A DNA stretch of 64,000 bases. It comes from Amoebophrya sp. A120. Lineage: Eukaryota; Protista; Dinoflagellata. The stretch's first letter is position 1. Each line of letters opens with the position of its first letter. This document shows, piece after piece, positions 13,862 through 26,130 of the stretch. The translations under genes were made by a program, and so were the position numbers. The notes below the pieces were generated by a model. That model saw only the letters and a list, made by a program, of their open reading frames with translations, ran no database searches and was not told where the DNA came from. The DNA lies in contig CAJINV010000008.1 of the NCBI GenBank assembly GCA_905178155.1, positions 1,054,001 to 1,118,000 on the forward strand, in the 5' to 3' direction.

Positions 13862-16800
13862 ATGTTTTGGCGACTGCACCAGGAGCTGCAGGACGGTGGT
13901 CTATCGCCCCCACGGGGGTGCGTAGACCTGGACGAGGAGCTCGCACAGGATGCAGCATTAGCTCCCGGCGGTGGTCCCGTTTACGGCAACAGCAGAAGGT
14001 GGTCCAAACGAGCATTCTTTCGAAGCAAAGGAGATTGCCAAACGCTGGACCACGACGCGAGGACCATGATCATCTGCGAGATCATCAGGAACTGCAAGCA
14101 GCACCTCGGGCGGGAACGGGATCCTCGTACATCAGCGCTGCCACTCGGTGTTCACGTTGGATGGGTGCGGGTAGTTCTTTCATTCTGGGTGTTGATAGGC
14201 GTAATTTTATCCCTCGTACCCAGCGCCGCAGGGTTATGGCGTTCTCAACTGTTACATCCTCAACTGTTACACAGATTTGTAATGCAAGAATAGCAAAAGT
14301 GAAAGGAAGGACCTTGCGCGTCGTGCATGACAGATTTGGCACAGATTCTTAGCCTGTTTGGCCGTCTGAGAATTTGCCATGCGAAGCAGCTTGGTGGCGT
14401 TCATAGTCAAGGCGATTCTGCATGACAAATCATGTAACAGTTGAGAATGTAACAATTGAGAACGCCATAAGGGTGGCTCGTCGAGTTCGACCGGATCGCC
14501 AGCTGGAACGATACCAGCTTTCAAACACAGTATGAAATGCAAATACTCATATAGGTCTGGGTCTCGAAGGAAGATGCAACTTGTAATGCTATTTTTGGAT
14601 TCTAAAAAAATCTGTATTGCATGAAAGGCAATAGAAGTCCAGGTTTTGCCACGTGGAGAGGGCATTTCTCATGCAGGATATGCATCGCGAAGCACTCAGA
14701 AAATCCGTGATGCTAGGGCATACATCACAGCCATCATGGGTCATGCCGGACTAGCATGACAAATCCCGGAATCTTCCAGACCCAGACATTTTTGCATTTG
14801 ATACACAGACGTGCTCTGCAAAACTGTTTCTGGACAGATCGGACCTCGTCGACGCAACACAACACATACCATCAACATGCTTTGCAGCTCCTCCGGCGTC
14901 AACAACATCTGCAGAGGACCAGGTTGTAGGTGGGGAGATGACCACAGTACTAGAGGAAGGCGGCGGTGACTTCTCGACAAGAAGGGGCGCACCAGCGACC
15001 GGGTCGTCGTGGTCACCCGGGGCTTCTTCTTCTGCCGAGCGGGCGATGGACGCGAAATTGCACCGGTTGTACGACCTGGCGTGCCAAAATTGTGCGTACT
15101 TCATGCAATCAGAGGTGATTCTAGGACAGAATCACGACACCACGACCGGCGACCAGCCCCTCGATGTCGAGCGGCTCGAAAAGTACGAGCTGCGTCCCAC
15201 CCTACAGGGCTGCCAGTTCCACGACGAGATGGCCTCTCTGGCGCGCGAGCTCTTCCCAGAGCTGGGTAAAATGCTGGGTATTTCCGTCACCATCGTAACG
15301 CCTCTGCATCTTGCGTCGGACAGCGACCTGCTGCACCCAAGTAACCGTATGTACTACAAGGCCGCGACGTTTAGCTCCCACGCGCAGCGGGTACCGCCGG
15401 ACTTGGTCGTCCCGGAGCGAAGAAGAGCATCTCCTACCGGAGGTCGTGCATTAGGAACGAGAACATCTTCATTGCACTTCGAGCCGGAACAAGATGTTGA
15501 AGCAAGAAGGGCCCCCGTCGGAGCTCCTGCTGACATTTCTCCAGGCAGCTCGTCGACGCCGCAGGAACCTTCACGTAATCATCCAGGCAGCGGAGGGGGG
15601 ATGGGCATAAGTGATTTCCTTCACGACGACCGCGCCTTTCAAGAGGAGCTGATTGCTCGGCTAGGGCGCTTGAACTTTTGCGAGGTGAGCTTTTTCGCGG
15701 TGTGGGCGTTGGTGGCTCAGTGGTACGTCGTGCGAATTTCAGCCTCGTACTTGGCGCAGGAGTACGCGTTTCTGGATTCCGGGCACGTGTTCGAAAACCT
15801 GCGGCACTACACCCAGACCGGTTTCTCCCTGGCGCAGCCGTGGCCGATTTCTCACCGCATGATTCCACTGCATATGAACTTCTACGCGTTCACGCGCGGC
15901 GGCTGCTGCGTCCCTAGCCAGTGCGCACAGAGTCAGGACCGACTTGTGCTTCGAGTCAAGACGCACTCTCGCTGCGGTATGCAGTTCACAGACAAAACCT
16001 TGGTGAATCTGTGTCGGGCACGGTACAGCGACATGAAAACAGAAACGACGTCATCATCATCTGCGATGACCACAACTCATGGATTGAAACCTGTAGTTTT
16101 GAGCAGCCCCGAGTTCCCGCCGTCCTGCCCCCCGGCGTCATTTGGAGGAACGGGCGGGGAGCGCACAAGTAGATCGGAACAATCTGCAGCCGAGGACGAC
16201 AAATCGGGCGCCACGGCTGTGGTCGATGGCGCGCCAGCACGGAAGGACGGAATCGGCGAGGAAAACAAGTATTTGTTTCGTGTGCGCCGCAATCAATGTA
16301 GTTACGAAAGCGGTCTTTGGGCCGAGCCAATGGCGGACCGTTTCAAGTGCATGATGACGACCATCGGGATCCGGCAGCAGTTCCAGCCCGGCGACACCGT
16401 GTTCGACTGGGGCTCCGGTTGCGGCCACATGCTCACTTGGTTTGCAAAGTACTTCGGAATACGCGGCTTTGGCATCGAAATTCTTGAGCCCGCGGTCCAG
16501 TTCTCGCAGGCGTTCGGAGTCGGGAGCTACTGCCAAGCCGATGGCAATCGAGGGTTGTCCTGGATTCCGAACGAGAGCTTTGACCACGTGGTTTCCTGCG
16601 GGGCCCTCATACACGCCGCGCAGCCCTGCGCGCAACTGCAGGAACTACTGTTGAAGGTAAAGGTTGGAGGCACGGCTTGGCTGGGCTGCATGCCGCTGCT
16701 GGAGGACAGAAAAAATTTGAAACAAGATGAGGGGCAGGTAGACAAGAAAGAGGACGGCGAAGATGTTGTTCCCCATCATGCTGCATCGGCTTCATCAAAA

Positions 16801-17163
16801 AAGAACGTCGACGCTTCTGATGTTCATCACCACCGCGGAGGACACCAAAGTGCGACGCGAAGTGGAGCTACTTATGCAGTAAGCCAGCTGACGAGGGCGG
16901 AGTGGATCCAGTGTGTAAGGGACGTGAAGCCTTTTCCTGATCAAACAGAAGATGCTGAGCTTTCGCGAGAAGACGAAGGGTCTGTCGCACGGAGAACATC
17001 ACCAAGGACCGAAGATTTTTTTTCCGTTATGGCGGTGCAAGATCACATCCTGTTTGATTCTGATTCAGAGATGTATGCGCTCGAGTTTAGCTACGTGAAG
17101 GAGCCAAATTGGTTCTCCATGACGTCGGAACATTTCTCGCTGCTGATCAAACGCCAAGCGTGA
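13862..17163 (+). CDS. Single-pass membrane protein with C-terminal class I SAM-dependent methyltransferase domain; exons 13862-14234, 14475-14530, 14809-17163
   Basis: Motif I GDTVFDWGSGCGH, FGIEI, FDHVVSCGALIH, KVKVGG. Removing the two introners plus one TSD each joins ORF 13847 (TM VVLSFWVLIGVILSLV) in frame to ORF 14938. Confidence 0.8.
14235..14469. mobile_element. Introner/MITE-like non-canonical intron (family C)
   Basis: TIR TATGGCGTTCTCAACTGTTACA.../...TGTAACAATTGAGAACGCCATA (~55 bp, imperfect); flanking direct repeat AGGGT at 14230-14234 and 14470-14474. Confidence 0.9.
14531..14803. mobile_element. Introner (family A, diverged, apparently reverse orientation)
   Basis: TATGAAATGCAAA..GTCTGGGTCT / AGACCCAGACATTTTTGCATTTGATA; TSD CACAG at 14526-14530 and 14804-14808. 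Same TIR as the copies at 24114 and 36283. Confidence 0.88.
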
Positions 17164-18167
17164 CCGCCAAGCGTGACGTGCTGCTTGTTTCATCCCTCTT
17201 GTTGTCCCCGCAGCGGTGACGTGCATATTTATTTTGATACTTAAACATCACTATCCATGCCCATGGCCATGCATTGCTGAAGCTGCCGTTGCCGATCTCC
17301 CTTCCTCGCAGTACATCGTTACATACTTAGTTAGAAGTAGAAGTACGTCGAACCTGGCGCAAGAAGAACTGGTAGTTGAATAAATTGCGAACGAGCTCAA
17401 GAAGCAGCTTTGGCTTTGCGCCAGCCGCTTCTCCACTTCCAGCTCGGGAGTTCTAGCAGCAGGTGTTTCGTGAAGGACAAACAGATTTACAATCTTCTGG
17501 GACCGGTTGGTGGGTAGGTTTGCGTTTGCTGTCGTCGACATCAATTGTAGAATCCTCTGTCGTTCTTTTCCTTTTCTCGGTGGACAACTAAGTAGTATGA
17601 TAATGAAGATAATTCCAGATCTCTTGAAAAATACGTTTGCTCATCTTCATCATCGTTTCGCAGGTCGAATCGACCGTACGTACCAACCTTACTATTTCTT
17701 GTATTCTGATCGCAAGCTCCTGCTCGCCGCTTCTTTGTCGTCGACGGGAGATTGTCGTCGTCTTGCTGTGCAAGTACAGGAGCACGGAGCACAGACGGGG
17801 ATTTGTCTGCCGCCAATCGTGGAAAGAAAGATTTTTCTCGTACACAGTCGTGGCATTTCCATTTGATATAGTGCTACGTTGGTTGCTGCGAGTCGTCGCG
17901 AAAGAGAATACCATGTGTTATTCGTCGACTTCTACAACACAACTAGATTCTAAATACTTATTTCATGATATTGATCCTCACATTAGCACCGACGTATGGG
18001 TGTATTTTGACGGCCCCGCATCGTTTCCTCTTTGAAGTGCAACGTTTTTGATGTAGTTCTAGTTTCATCAAAGAGTTCAAGTTCTACCTTTAGTCTACCT
18101 CATCTATCACCCACGCCACGAGAAAATAAGCATGTGAAAAAACAGTCGTGTAGGTACATGGAAAAGG

Positions 18168-18848
18168 ATGGCGTCCTGCCTCCTACAGTGGATGATGTCG
18201 TCACCGCTTTCTTCCCTGGTCGGGTCAACATCTGACTGGTCGACGAATCAAGAACTGTCTGTCGCCGGGCGCGACCATGATTGCACACTCGAAGTAGGAG
18301 GTGGACAACTTTCGACAGCACACAACCTTCATGTGAGACAAACATCAAGTAGAAGTAGGGCTCCTACATCCTTTTCCGTTGCCCATTTGCTCGGCCGGAC
18401 GGATCACGGGGCCGCTTGTCGGTGCGCGCCCGGGAGTGTGGTAACGGCTGACGAGGCGGGCGGCACTAGCGCACAGACCGAGGGCAGTTTCTTCGCCAAA
18501 ATGAGCGACGAGGCCAGCGATCTGGCAGACCAGAAATTCCAGCTGTGGCGGGATACGGTGCGGCAGTACGACCAGGCCTACATCAAGTTGCAACGAACCA
18601 TCGCAAAGTTCCAGGCCGCGCGTGACCTTGTCCAGTTGAGCCGGAAAAACTCCGAACAGGTGCACGCCCAGTTTTGCCAGCCTGCTGTGGCGAAGTTCGG
18701 GAAGAAAGGCTTTTCCTGCGTGGAAAATCACGACACAGTCCGAAAACTGTTTGACGAGGCGATTGACGACTCCGAAAAGGAGCCCAGGTGCCAGTTCGGG
18801 GCGGTAGAACCGCTGAGAAATCCCATCAGCAAGAACGAGTTCCTGTGA
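18168..18848 (+). CDS. Hypothetical protein with helical/coiled-coil C-terminal half; 5' structure uncertain
   Basis: 226 aa ORF with strong GC3-rich coding signal from ~18400 to the stop. No recognisable family. Confidence 0.55.
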   Translation: MASCLLQWMMSSPLSSLVGSTSDWSTNQELSVAGRDHDCTLEVGGGQLSTAHNLHVRQTSSRSRAPTSFSVAHLLGRTDHGAACRCAPGSVVTADEAGGTSAQTEGSFFAKMSDEASDLADQKFQLWRDTVRQYDQAYIKLQRTIAKFQAARDLVQLSRKNSEQVHAQFCQPAVAKFGKKGFSCVENHDTVRKLFDEAIDDSEKEPRCQFGAVEPLRNPISKNEFL

Positions 18849-19860
18849 GGAGCAGCCCGGAGGTCTCGTCGGTGTCGTGGAAGATTGCTTGCTCAGCTAT
18901 AGTCCTCTCGTTTCTACCCGTACTTCAATTAGCAGTCCTAATTAACACGTCATTCAAATTCTTGTGATGCTGTAATAAGATATGTTTATGTACATACTTT
19001 CCTTCCACAATATGCGTTCGCGGTACGTCCCTGTGCCCCTACAAATGACATGTGAAATACAAATAGTCTATTCTCGTGGATAGATATGATACGGATTTTC
19101 GTATCTTCGACATCACATCATTTCAAATTGTATCCTGAATCCAGATTGCTATGTAGGATTTCTCTAAAATTGGCAATACATCCTCGAGTGTCAAACCTTG
19201 CATGATCGTGGTGTGTCCCAAGGTTTTATTAAATTTTTTAGTTTCTTTTACGTAGAGGCAGCAATAGTCTTCAGAAAAACTAATGAAGCATCGCAGCTTG
19301 AAATGGCTTAGGGTTCTTGATTGTGAGGTGACCAGTTGTTCGTTGTTTTCGCTACGGGTGGTGTACCGCAGGTGAGTCTTCATCTTCGATTTGCGCGAAG
19401 CAGTTTGCAAGTCAAGCGTGCGGGACCAGAAGATACACATACAGCCTCGGTCGGTCCCCGTCAAGATTTGAGCGGTTTTAAATCAAGGCAGAAATGCCTG
19501 GCTTTTGTTAAAGTAGATCCACCTCATCCTATCGGCATCTCGCAGGTCGTCGCGTGTTTCTGAAGAAGATGGAGCATGAGAGATGAGTGAAATGATTGAG
19601 GCGTGGTCGGCGATGCAGGGCAAACCTGATATCGACGAGCTGCCGCTCGGAAAAATCTGCCGCCACTGGTGTCGCTCAACAAGGACATACGCGCGTGGCG
19701 GCGATTTGTTACTTGTCGACAATTTCCCTTGTTCATCGTGTTGTCCATCGTATTTCTTCAACATGTACAGAGTAGCTGCTGGCCGTTCTTTGTTGCCTAG
19801 TTTTTCGATCAAGCTTTATTGCCTTTGTTTTCGCGACGTGGCTGTGGCACGTAAACCGCT

Positions 19861-22800
19861 ATGGATTCGGGTGAAGTTGGAAGTGACCCGCTGAATGACG
19901 ATGTCCTGGGTTCACCCTCGCCAACCTCATCGACAGCACATGAACGAGACAGACCTTCACCGGTGCCGCAAATTGCGGGAACCACAGAAAAGTCTTCCGC
20001 ATCCAATGCGCATCATCCCATCCCAGCAGCAAGCCCCGCCCCTGGTACGGCTGCGAAAGCCGATGCGCCTGCGCCGGGACGGCAACGTTCGTCTGCATCT
20101 GCGGTGTCGCAGGCGGACACTGGCAGTGCTGCCAAAGAGCCTGGCCTCCCGGGGGCTGATGCTGGTGCAATGGAGCTTCCGCCCGGGACGAAAATAAAGC
20201 GGGCACCTAAGGATCTCCCGGCATTTGGCGGTATTCTGCAGTGCCCGGTATGCTGGCAGTTGTTTCAGAATTACATGGACCTCGATGAGGACGAGCAGCT
20301 ACGCAAATCCGCCAGCAATCCGCTCCGGTCCCCGTTCGCGCGGCTTCTGCGGCGCGAGCAAGAGGAGCGCAAAGACGCGCAGTGCAGTCGGGTGCTGTGT
20401 GCCTATCACAAAGATGCCAAGCGAAAGTACGACATCGGTTTGCACCGGAAAAAGCTAGAGGGGGCCGGTAGAAGACTCGCACCAAAGGAATTGAAGCAAA
20501 TGTATTCCTATTTTTTGGACCACCAGTTTTTTTTCGCAGTTGTCGACTGATTTTGGTTTTCCGCATCGAACGCAGCGACAGCATGCTTGCACGATCATGG
20601 GTGGACAATTTCATTGACACTCGAAAACTATTTGTACTAGTAATATTTTCATGGGCATATCATGTCAATATCAATTCAAAACGCAGCTCTCGTTTGACCG
20701 CGTCAGCTACCAGTGATCCTTCGAAGTTCGTGAGCGACGTTCTGAAGTATGTGGAGAAGCGGTTCAAGCGCATGCTCGCTGAGGTGGAGAGTTCCTTGGC
20801 GCAAGATTCCGAGATGTACAAGCAGCAATGGTACGAGGAGCTTTTGGAGACGAAGAAGACGGTGCAGAAGCAGGTGACCGAAATCGGCGAAAAGTGGAAC
20901 GTTTATTTGAACGAAGAGAAAGCGCTCCTGCTCGGGACCACAACCACCAGCAACGAAATGTCGACTGCAACCATGGAAAAAGTATCCGCGTCACGACACG
21001 GAGCTACAGGAGCGGCCGCAGCTTCTGCTGAGGGCGGGGTGCAGCACCAGCAAGGTACTATTAACACGACGAACGCAAATACAACTAGCACGACCAGCAA
21101 GAGCCGTATGCATTTCAGCACCTCCATGCTCGATTTTTTCGCGCTCGAAGAGACTCTGCAGAAGGCCAAGGACTACGACGCGCTGGACCGGTTGCAGAAA
21201 TTAGCTGAGGCGGAGGAGCGCAACCAGCGTATGTTGTTCAAGAAGGAGCAAGAGAAGTCGGAACAGCGAAAAATCGAGTTTCTGACGGAGAAGGTGCAGA
21301 CGTCCTTCACCGCCCAGCGGGACCGGCTCTTCGGGCGAATCCAGCGGCTGGCCGTACAAAACGAAGAGAAGGAGCTGAAAATCGATCGGCGCATCGCGGT
21401 GGTGACCAGTAGGCTGAAGCTGGAGCAAAGTCGCGAGATCAGCGTCGTGCGGCTCCTGTTTCAGGAGCACTGCACCAGAATCGAGCACTTTGTGGCGCAC
21501 GCGGGTGGAAAGCGCACGGAGCAGTTCCAGCCCTTCGCCGTTCTGGACGAGATGGCCCTGAATGCTAACGAAGAAGAGCAGGAAGGAGAATTTGACGAAA
21601 ACAACCCCGATGGGGCGGGCGGTCCGAATGCAAGTCGCCGAGGAAAAAAGGTGGAGTGGTCACGTAGTTTGCAGCTGCTGTTCTTGTTTGCGTCGTGATT
21701 TTATAACTACCTCTATGCTTTAGGGAGGAAAACCGGGCGCGACGACTAGGATCGGAAATTTTTTTTTGCGCGGGGACATAAGTAGTCGCTTTTGGTCGGT
21801 ATCAACGCCGGGGATGCTCAGCTCAACGCCTCGCATTCAGAAAGTACTGCGACTGTGCGAACTCCCGCCAAAAGGCGTACCCATTGCCCTGAATTGTTGC
21901 GATGGCCGGGGGCCCCTTCTGACAACATCGAAAATATCAGTAACAACTGGGCGCCCACGAGTAGCATAAGCACTTGCGCCACCTGATTGAGCTGCCTCAC
22001 AATGTTGGCCGCCTCGGCCGCGGATCCCGTCCCGCCGTTTGCGCTACCGGCTGGCGGTCAAGCGCGCCGCCCCGCGCGCGCCCCGCCCCCGCAGGGCTTT
22101 TGCCGGCCCCGGGCGCCCGGGCCCAAGCTCCCGTCCGAACTTTTGGGGCCCTCCCGGGATTTTCCCGGATCCGGGACAAATCCGGGACATTTTTTGGGGC
22201 CAGATATTTTCCAGGAATTTTCGCCAGAAATCGGCCAGATTTGAAAGGGATTTTGTTGGAATACAAGTGGGGGACGACTAGGAAATTTGGCCCGGATTTG
22301 CCGGGGATTTCGCGCCGATTGGCCCCCCGGAAGGGGGCAAATCCTTGGCCAAACCGGGGGAATTTCCGGGAATTTCCGGCCCTCGCGGATTTGGGCCAGA
22401 TTTGAAAGGGATTTTGTTGGAATGTAGGCGGGGGACGACTAGAAAATTTGGGCCGGATCCGGCCCCGGCCCGGGCCGGGCCGTCCCCCGCCCCAACGCAA
22501 GTCCCCCCAACTCTTGCGGCCGGGCCCGCTTCCGACCACCCGCTTCCTACGGATGGCGAGGGTCAGCCAGAGAAAGTTCCACACCTGCCAAGAGGGGCAA
22601 GACATGATGGACATTGTTGGGCAGGAAGTGTCTGCGTGCACTTTCATAGAAGGACCACCAACATCACAGGACGACGATGGCGAAGATTGGATGTGGGGGT
22701 GATGAATGAAGGGGAAAAAAAGGAAAGAGCTATGACCGTCCAAGAGCAACTATTTACGTGCTCGCGCAAAAAAAATTTTCCGATCCTAGTCGTCGCGCCC

Positions 22801-25075
22801 GGTTTTCCTCCCTAAATGCTTTTGGTTTTGGCTCGGAGTTGTAGATTATTTACTTCATATCGTACTTACTTATCCCCGATTTTTTCTCTTTGAGGAGCGC
22901 AACGAAATTATGCAAAATTCAACAGGCCCCACCTGTCTCGGGTCCCGCAAAGCTGTATACCGCAAAGAGCTTCACTCCGTTCCTGACTTCGGCGGAGGAG
23001 AAGAGTCGGGATGCGCTTCCCTTCGAACCGAGCCCCATATTCGAATTTGCCAGCAAGGTCTTGTGCGAGGAGATGCGCATTTTGGAGCACCGGAAGATTT
23101 CCATGCCCGACATTTCCACAACTCAACTCAGCGTCTCTTCCAACAGAAACAAGTCCGTGAGTAAGGCCTCTGAACAAGCAGGAGAGAACCTGGCTGTTGC
23201 TTCCTCCGCGCAAAAGAACGACCCACAGCAGGCGTCTGTGCGACGGAGTAAATCGGCTGCGAGCAGCAGTGTGGCGCGGATGATGCGGGAGAAAAAGGAG
23301 GGGTACGACCCGATTCTGTCGCAGTACAATGCGCATCTGATGAACGAGCTTCGCGAGCAGAAGCTGCAGCAGCGCGGCCGAGGAATGGACCGGAAATGGA
23401 ACAGCGTGCGGCCGCTGAGTGCGGCCCGGCCCGACACGAAGGTTGTACGGAATGACAGTGGTGACCTGTTTTCGAAGTCCTACACGGAGTTGTTCACCAA
23501 AAAGGACGTGTACATAGCACACCCGATATGCAATGTAAATTTCCCGTACACGTACAAAATGCATGACAAATTCCGCTAATTTGCAGTGTACAACTTGTCA
23601 TGCTAGACTAGGACTGAAGGCAAGTTTTGTCATGCAGAGACTGCATTGGTACGTGTACGGGAAATTTACTGTGGATACCCGAATCCACCGCCAATTTCCA
23701 ACAGGCCGGAATGCGCAGCTTGCGGAACGTTCCTGGAGAGAACATGTACTATTTAATTGCCCTTATTTTGCTTCTTGATGATGAAAACCGTTTTTCTACT
23801 TTTTGTAGCCAAAGTTGTAGCTATCCTACTTCTGCCAGGTGGGCCAGGTCTAGAAGCAGGCACTCGCTGCCACCCTGGCTTATAATATCGTTCTGCTAGT
23901 AGCTTCGATTATTTTTATTTCAGTGAGGGGTAACAACAACAAGGATCCACCTTGACCTTCTATTGATTTGCTCATCCCAGGCGTCATCCGCGACGTGGTC
24001 AACGAGAAGGTTTCGCGACCCGTTGCAAGGTGCTGCAGCTGGAAGTGCTGCAAGGACTGGAATGACCGGTACTCCCCCCCGTTCTTGCGGCTGTATCGCG
24101 AGAGCTACATTGATATCAAATGTAAAAGTGTCTGGGTCTGGAAGAGTCATGCTGTTTTTGCATGACGCAGAAGGTCTGGCATGGAAGCTCCAGCATCACA
24201 GGTTTCGAGAAGCTTCCGCAATGCCAAATCCGCATGACAAATCCCCCACTTTGGTGACAGAAAGTGGGCAGCTTTTGCTGACTGTGCATGAGAGATTTCT
24301 CTGCGTTCTAAAATGCGCATCACAAGTTCGGATCCTTCCAGACCCAGCCACTTTTGCATTTGATAATTGAAGAGCAGGAGATCCGGGACGCGCCGCCGCC
24401 TCCGCCGGCGAAGCCCCAGCTATCCTGTGCAAAAGTATCGTACTTGTAGTAATCGCAGCTATGCATTACAAATCTAGTTGGTTAAGTAAATCCGCACTAC
24501 AGATTTAATTTGTTATGCTGAGCCAAGAATTTGTATTGCGATTTGTACTAGTACGATACTTTTGCAATGCATACCAGCCGAAGGCTTACAACGCTGAGGA
24601 AGCAGCCGTGTCTCCTTTCAAAACCGCAAATCTCGCTGCAGCCGCGGCGGGCTCTTCTTCGGGCGCCGGAGGTGCCGATGAACAGGCGGGAACAAGAGAA
24701 GAGGGAAATAACGCAGACGAAGCATCGTCAAAGGGCGGCGCCACTGGTGCTACTTCTTCTGCAGAGGAGCGCGAGAAAGCATCTGATGGCGAAAATAAAA
24801 TCGCGGACGAGGATGCTGCGGCGCCGGCGGCAGTAGAACAACTTCCAGAAAGTTTAACGGACCGGCACGGCAACACAATCAAACCCGTCGGGCCACCGGA
24901 GGAGCCGTTCGCTGCGGGGAGCGACCTGATGGAGGAGGGGGAGGGCGGGGCAAGTTCTTCTCCCGCCGCGTCGAGTCCCCCACCAGCGAGTCCCAACGCC
25001 GGTATTCTCGGTGACGATGACGAGCCGGCCGAGGAGGAGGAGGAAGAGGAAGACGGCGAAGAGACTGAGGACTGA
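19861..25075 (+). CDS. Large multi-exon coiled-coil protein with Cys-based Zn-binding motifs and acidic tail; approx exons 19861-20501, 20687-~21649, ~22895-23526, 23683-23745, 23981-24113, 24371-24420, 24579-25075
   Basis: GT-AG introns 20502-20686 and 23746-23980 plus three introners restore the frame (..IAHPNPPPISNRPECAACGTFLERTCVIRD..CCSWKCCKDW..ESYIEEQEIRD..AKPQPKAYN). CPVC near the N-terminus; E/K/Q-rich coiled coil. The 21650-22894 junction is non-canonical and uncertain, so this could be two genes. Confidence 0.65.
21720..22815. mobile_element. 1,096-bp non-autonomous TIR DNA transposon nested in an intron
   Basis: ~52-bp near-perfect TIR (TTAGGGAGGAAAACCGGGCGCGACGACTAGGATCGGAAA...) extending imperfectly to ~85 bp; TSD ATGCT at 21715-21719 and 22816-22820; very GC-rich interior. 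Confidence 0.92.
22233..22460 (+). repeat. Internal direct repeat (~65 bp x2) within the TIR element
   Basis: GGCCAGATTTGAAAGGGATTTTGTTGGAAT...GGGGGACGACTAG(G/A)AAATTTGG occurs at ~22233 and ~22394. Confidence 0.85.
23527..23677. mobile_element. Introner (family D)
   Basis: TAT..GTAAATTTCCCGTACACGTAC / GTACGTGTACGGGAAATTTAC..ATA; TSD CCCGA at 23522-23526 and 23678-23682. Confidence 0.9.
24114..24365. mobile_element. Introner (family A)
   Basis: TATCAAATGTAAAAGTGTCTGGGTCTGGAAG / CTTCCAGACCCAGCCACTTTTGCATTTGATA; TSD ATTGA. Colinear and highly similar to 36283-36533. Confidence 0.93.
24421..24573. mobile_element. Introner (family B)
   Basis: TATCCTGTGCAAAAGTATCGTAC / GTACGATACTTTTGCAATGCATA; TSD CCAGC at 24416-24420 and 24574-24578. 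Confidence 0.92.
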
Positions 25076-26130
25076 CCTTCTCGTAGCCGGACGAACAAAT
25101 AGGTGGAATGGCACACGACGGAAAGCGAAAGGCATTTGCATGGTCTGGTAGAATTATTGTACGAAGAAATAAACTCGAAAGAACTGCAGCTGGTGTACTA
25201 ACTTTCATTAGTGAAACTAGTTTGGCTTTCACAAAAGAACCCGATGTAGTGTACCATGCGTGACTTCGTCTTCATCTTTTTTACATCTGGATCTGTCACT
25301 TCTTGTATGATCGTTTTTGAGCTGCAGCTTGACCTAGAAAGCCAAAGCGAGCGGTTTTCCATTTTCACTCGTTGCACGATTCGATGCAACTTCTTCTAAA
25401 GTCACATGCCGATTTTCTTTCCGTAAAGCTAACGATAAGAGCAAAAGAGAGACAATCCATACGCAACCCACGTGTACAAACAAGGACACCACAAACCCAG
25501 TCCTCTTCTTTCTGGATTGACTTTTCTGCACATCTATCTGCTCAACAACGTTTCGCATTTGAGTTTTCACTTTCTGCTTCTGGACACCCAAAGCCAAGCG
25601 TTTCATTGACACAACAGTGCACCACTGCCAGGGACACAGTGCTGCATCAGCATCACAGGGACTGGGAACAGTTTTGGCCATGCAGCGAGGTAAATGCAAA
25701 CTCAATATCATGTTCTCCTACTGCTACTTCTCTCAGGTTTTTTGTTTCTTGCGTGACTGTTACCTTCTCCTCTTAGTCTTACTCCAGATCAATATGCATA
25801 GGGAAACGGTAGTCAACATGGAGCAGAATATGATCTTTCTGTCCGCCATTTGTTTCTGTTTCGCGTGCTCTTCTTGATCTTGATCTCATGGTCACTAGGT
25901 ACTTGTTGTCTTCTCGCACCATTTCTCGTTGTAGTTCATTTTGTGGATGTGGTTTTGGTTGTGAAGCGCTAGCTTAATATGAAAATGATGACAGGTTCTT
26001 TTACCTTTTTCATCTTGCTGTAGCTTTTTTTGACTAGGTAATTTGACATTTTGACGTTGTACTTTCTTGCAGCATCCTCCAAGAACGAACGAAGTTTTAA
26101 GTTCGAGATAGGTTACGGGAACGTGATTTG

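Noticed and set aside
17152-17177. 13-bp tandem duplication CGCCAAGCGTGAC spanning the stop codon
   Set aside because: Real but likely a simple slippage event with no coding consequence.
21974-22815. Several overlapping 80-250 aa ORFs as a possible transposase
   Set aside because: They arise from GC-rich low-complexity repeats (P/G/R/F-rich); no DDE or recombinase motifs seen.
22825-22837. TTTTGGCTCGGAG resembling the 3' half of the dinoflagellate spliced leader
   Set aside because: Only a 9-bp exact match, which is expected by chance in 64 kb.
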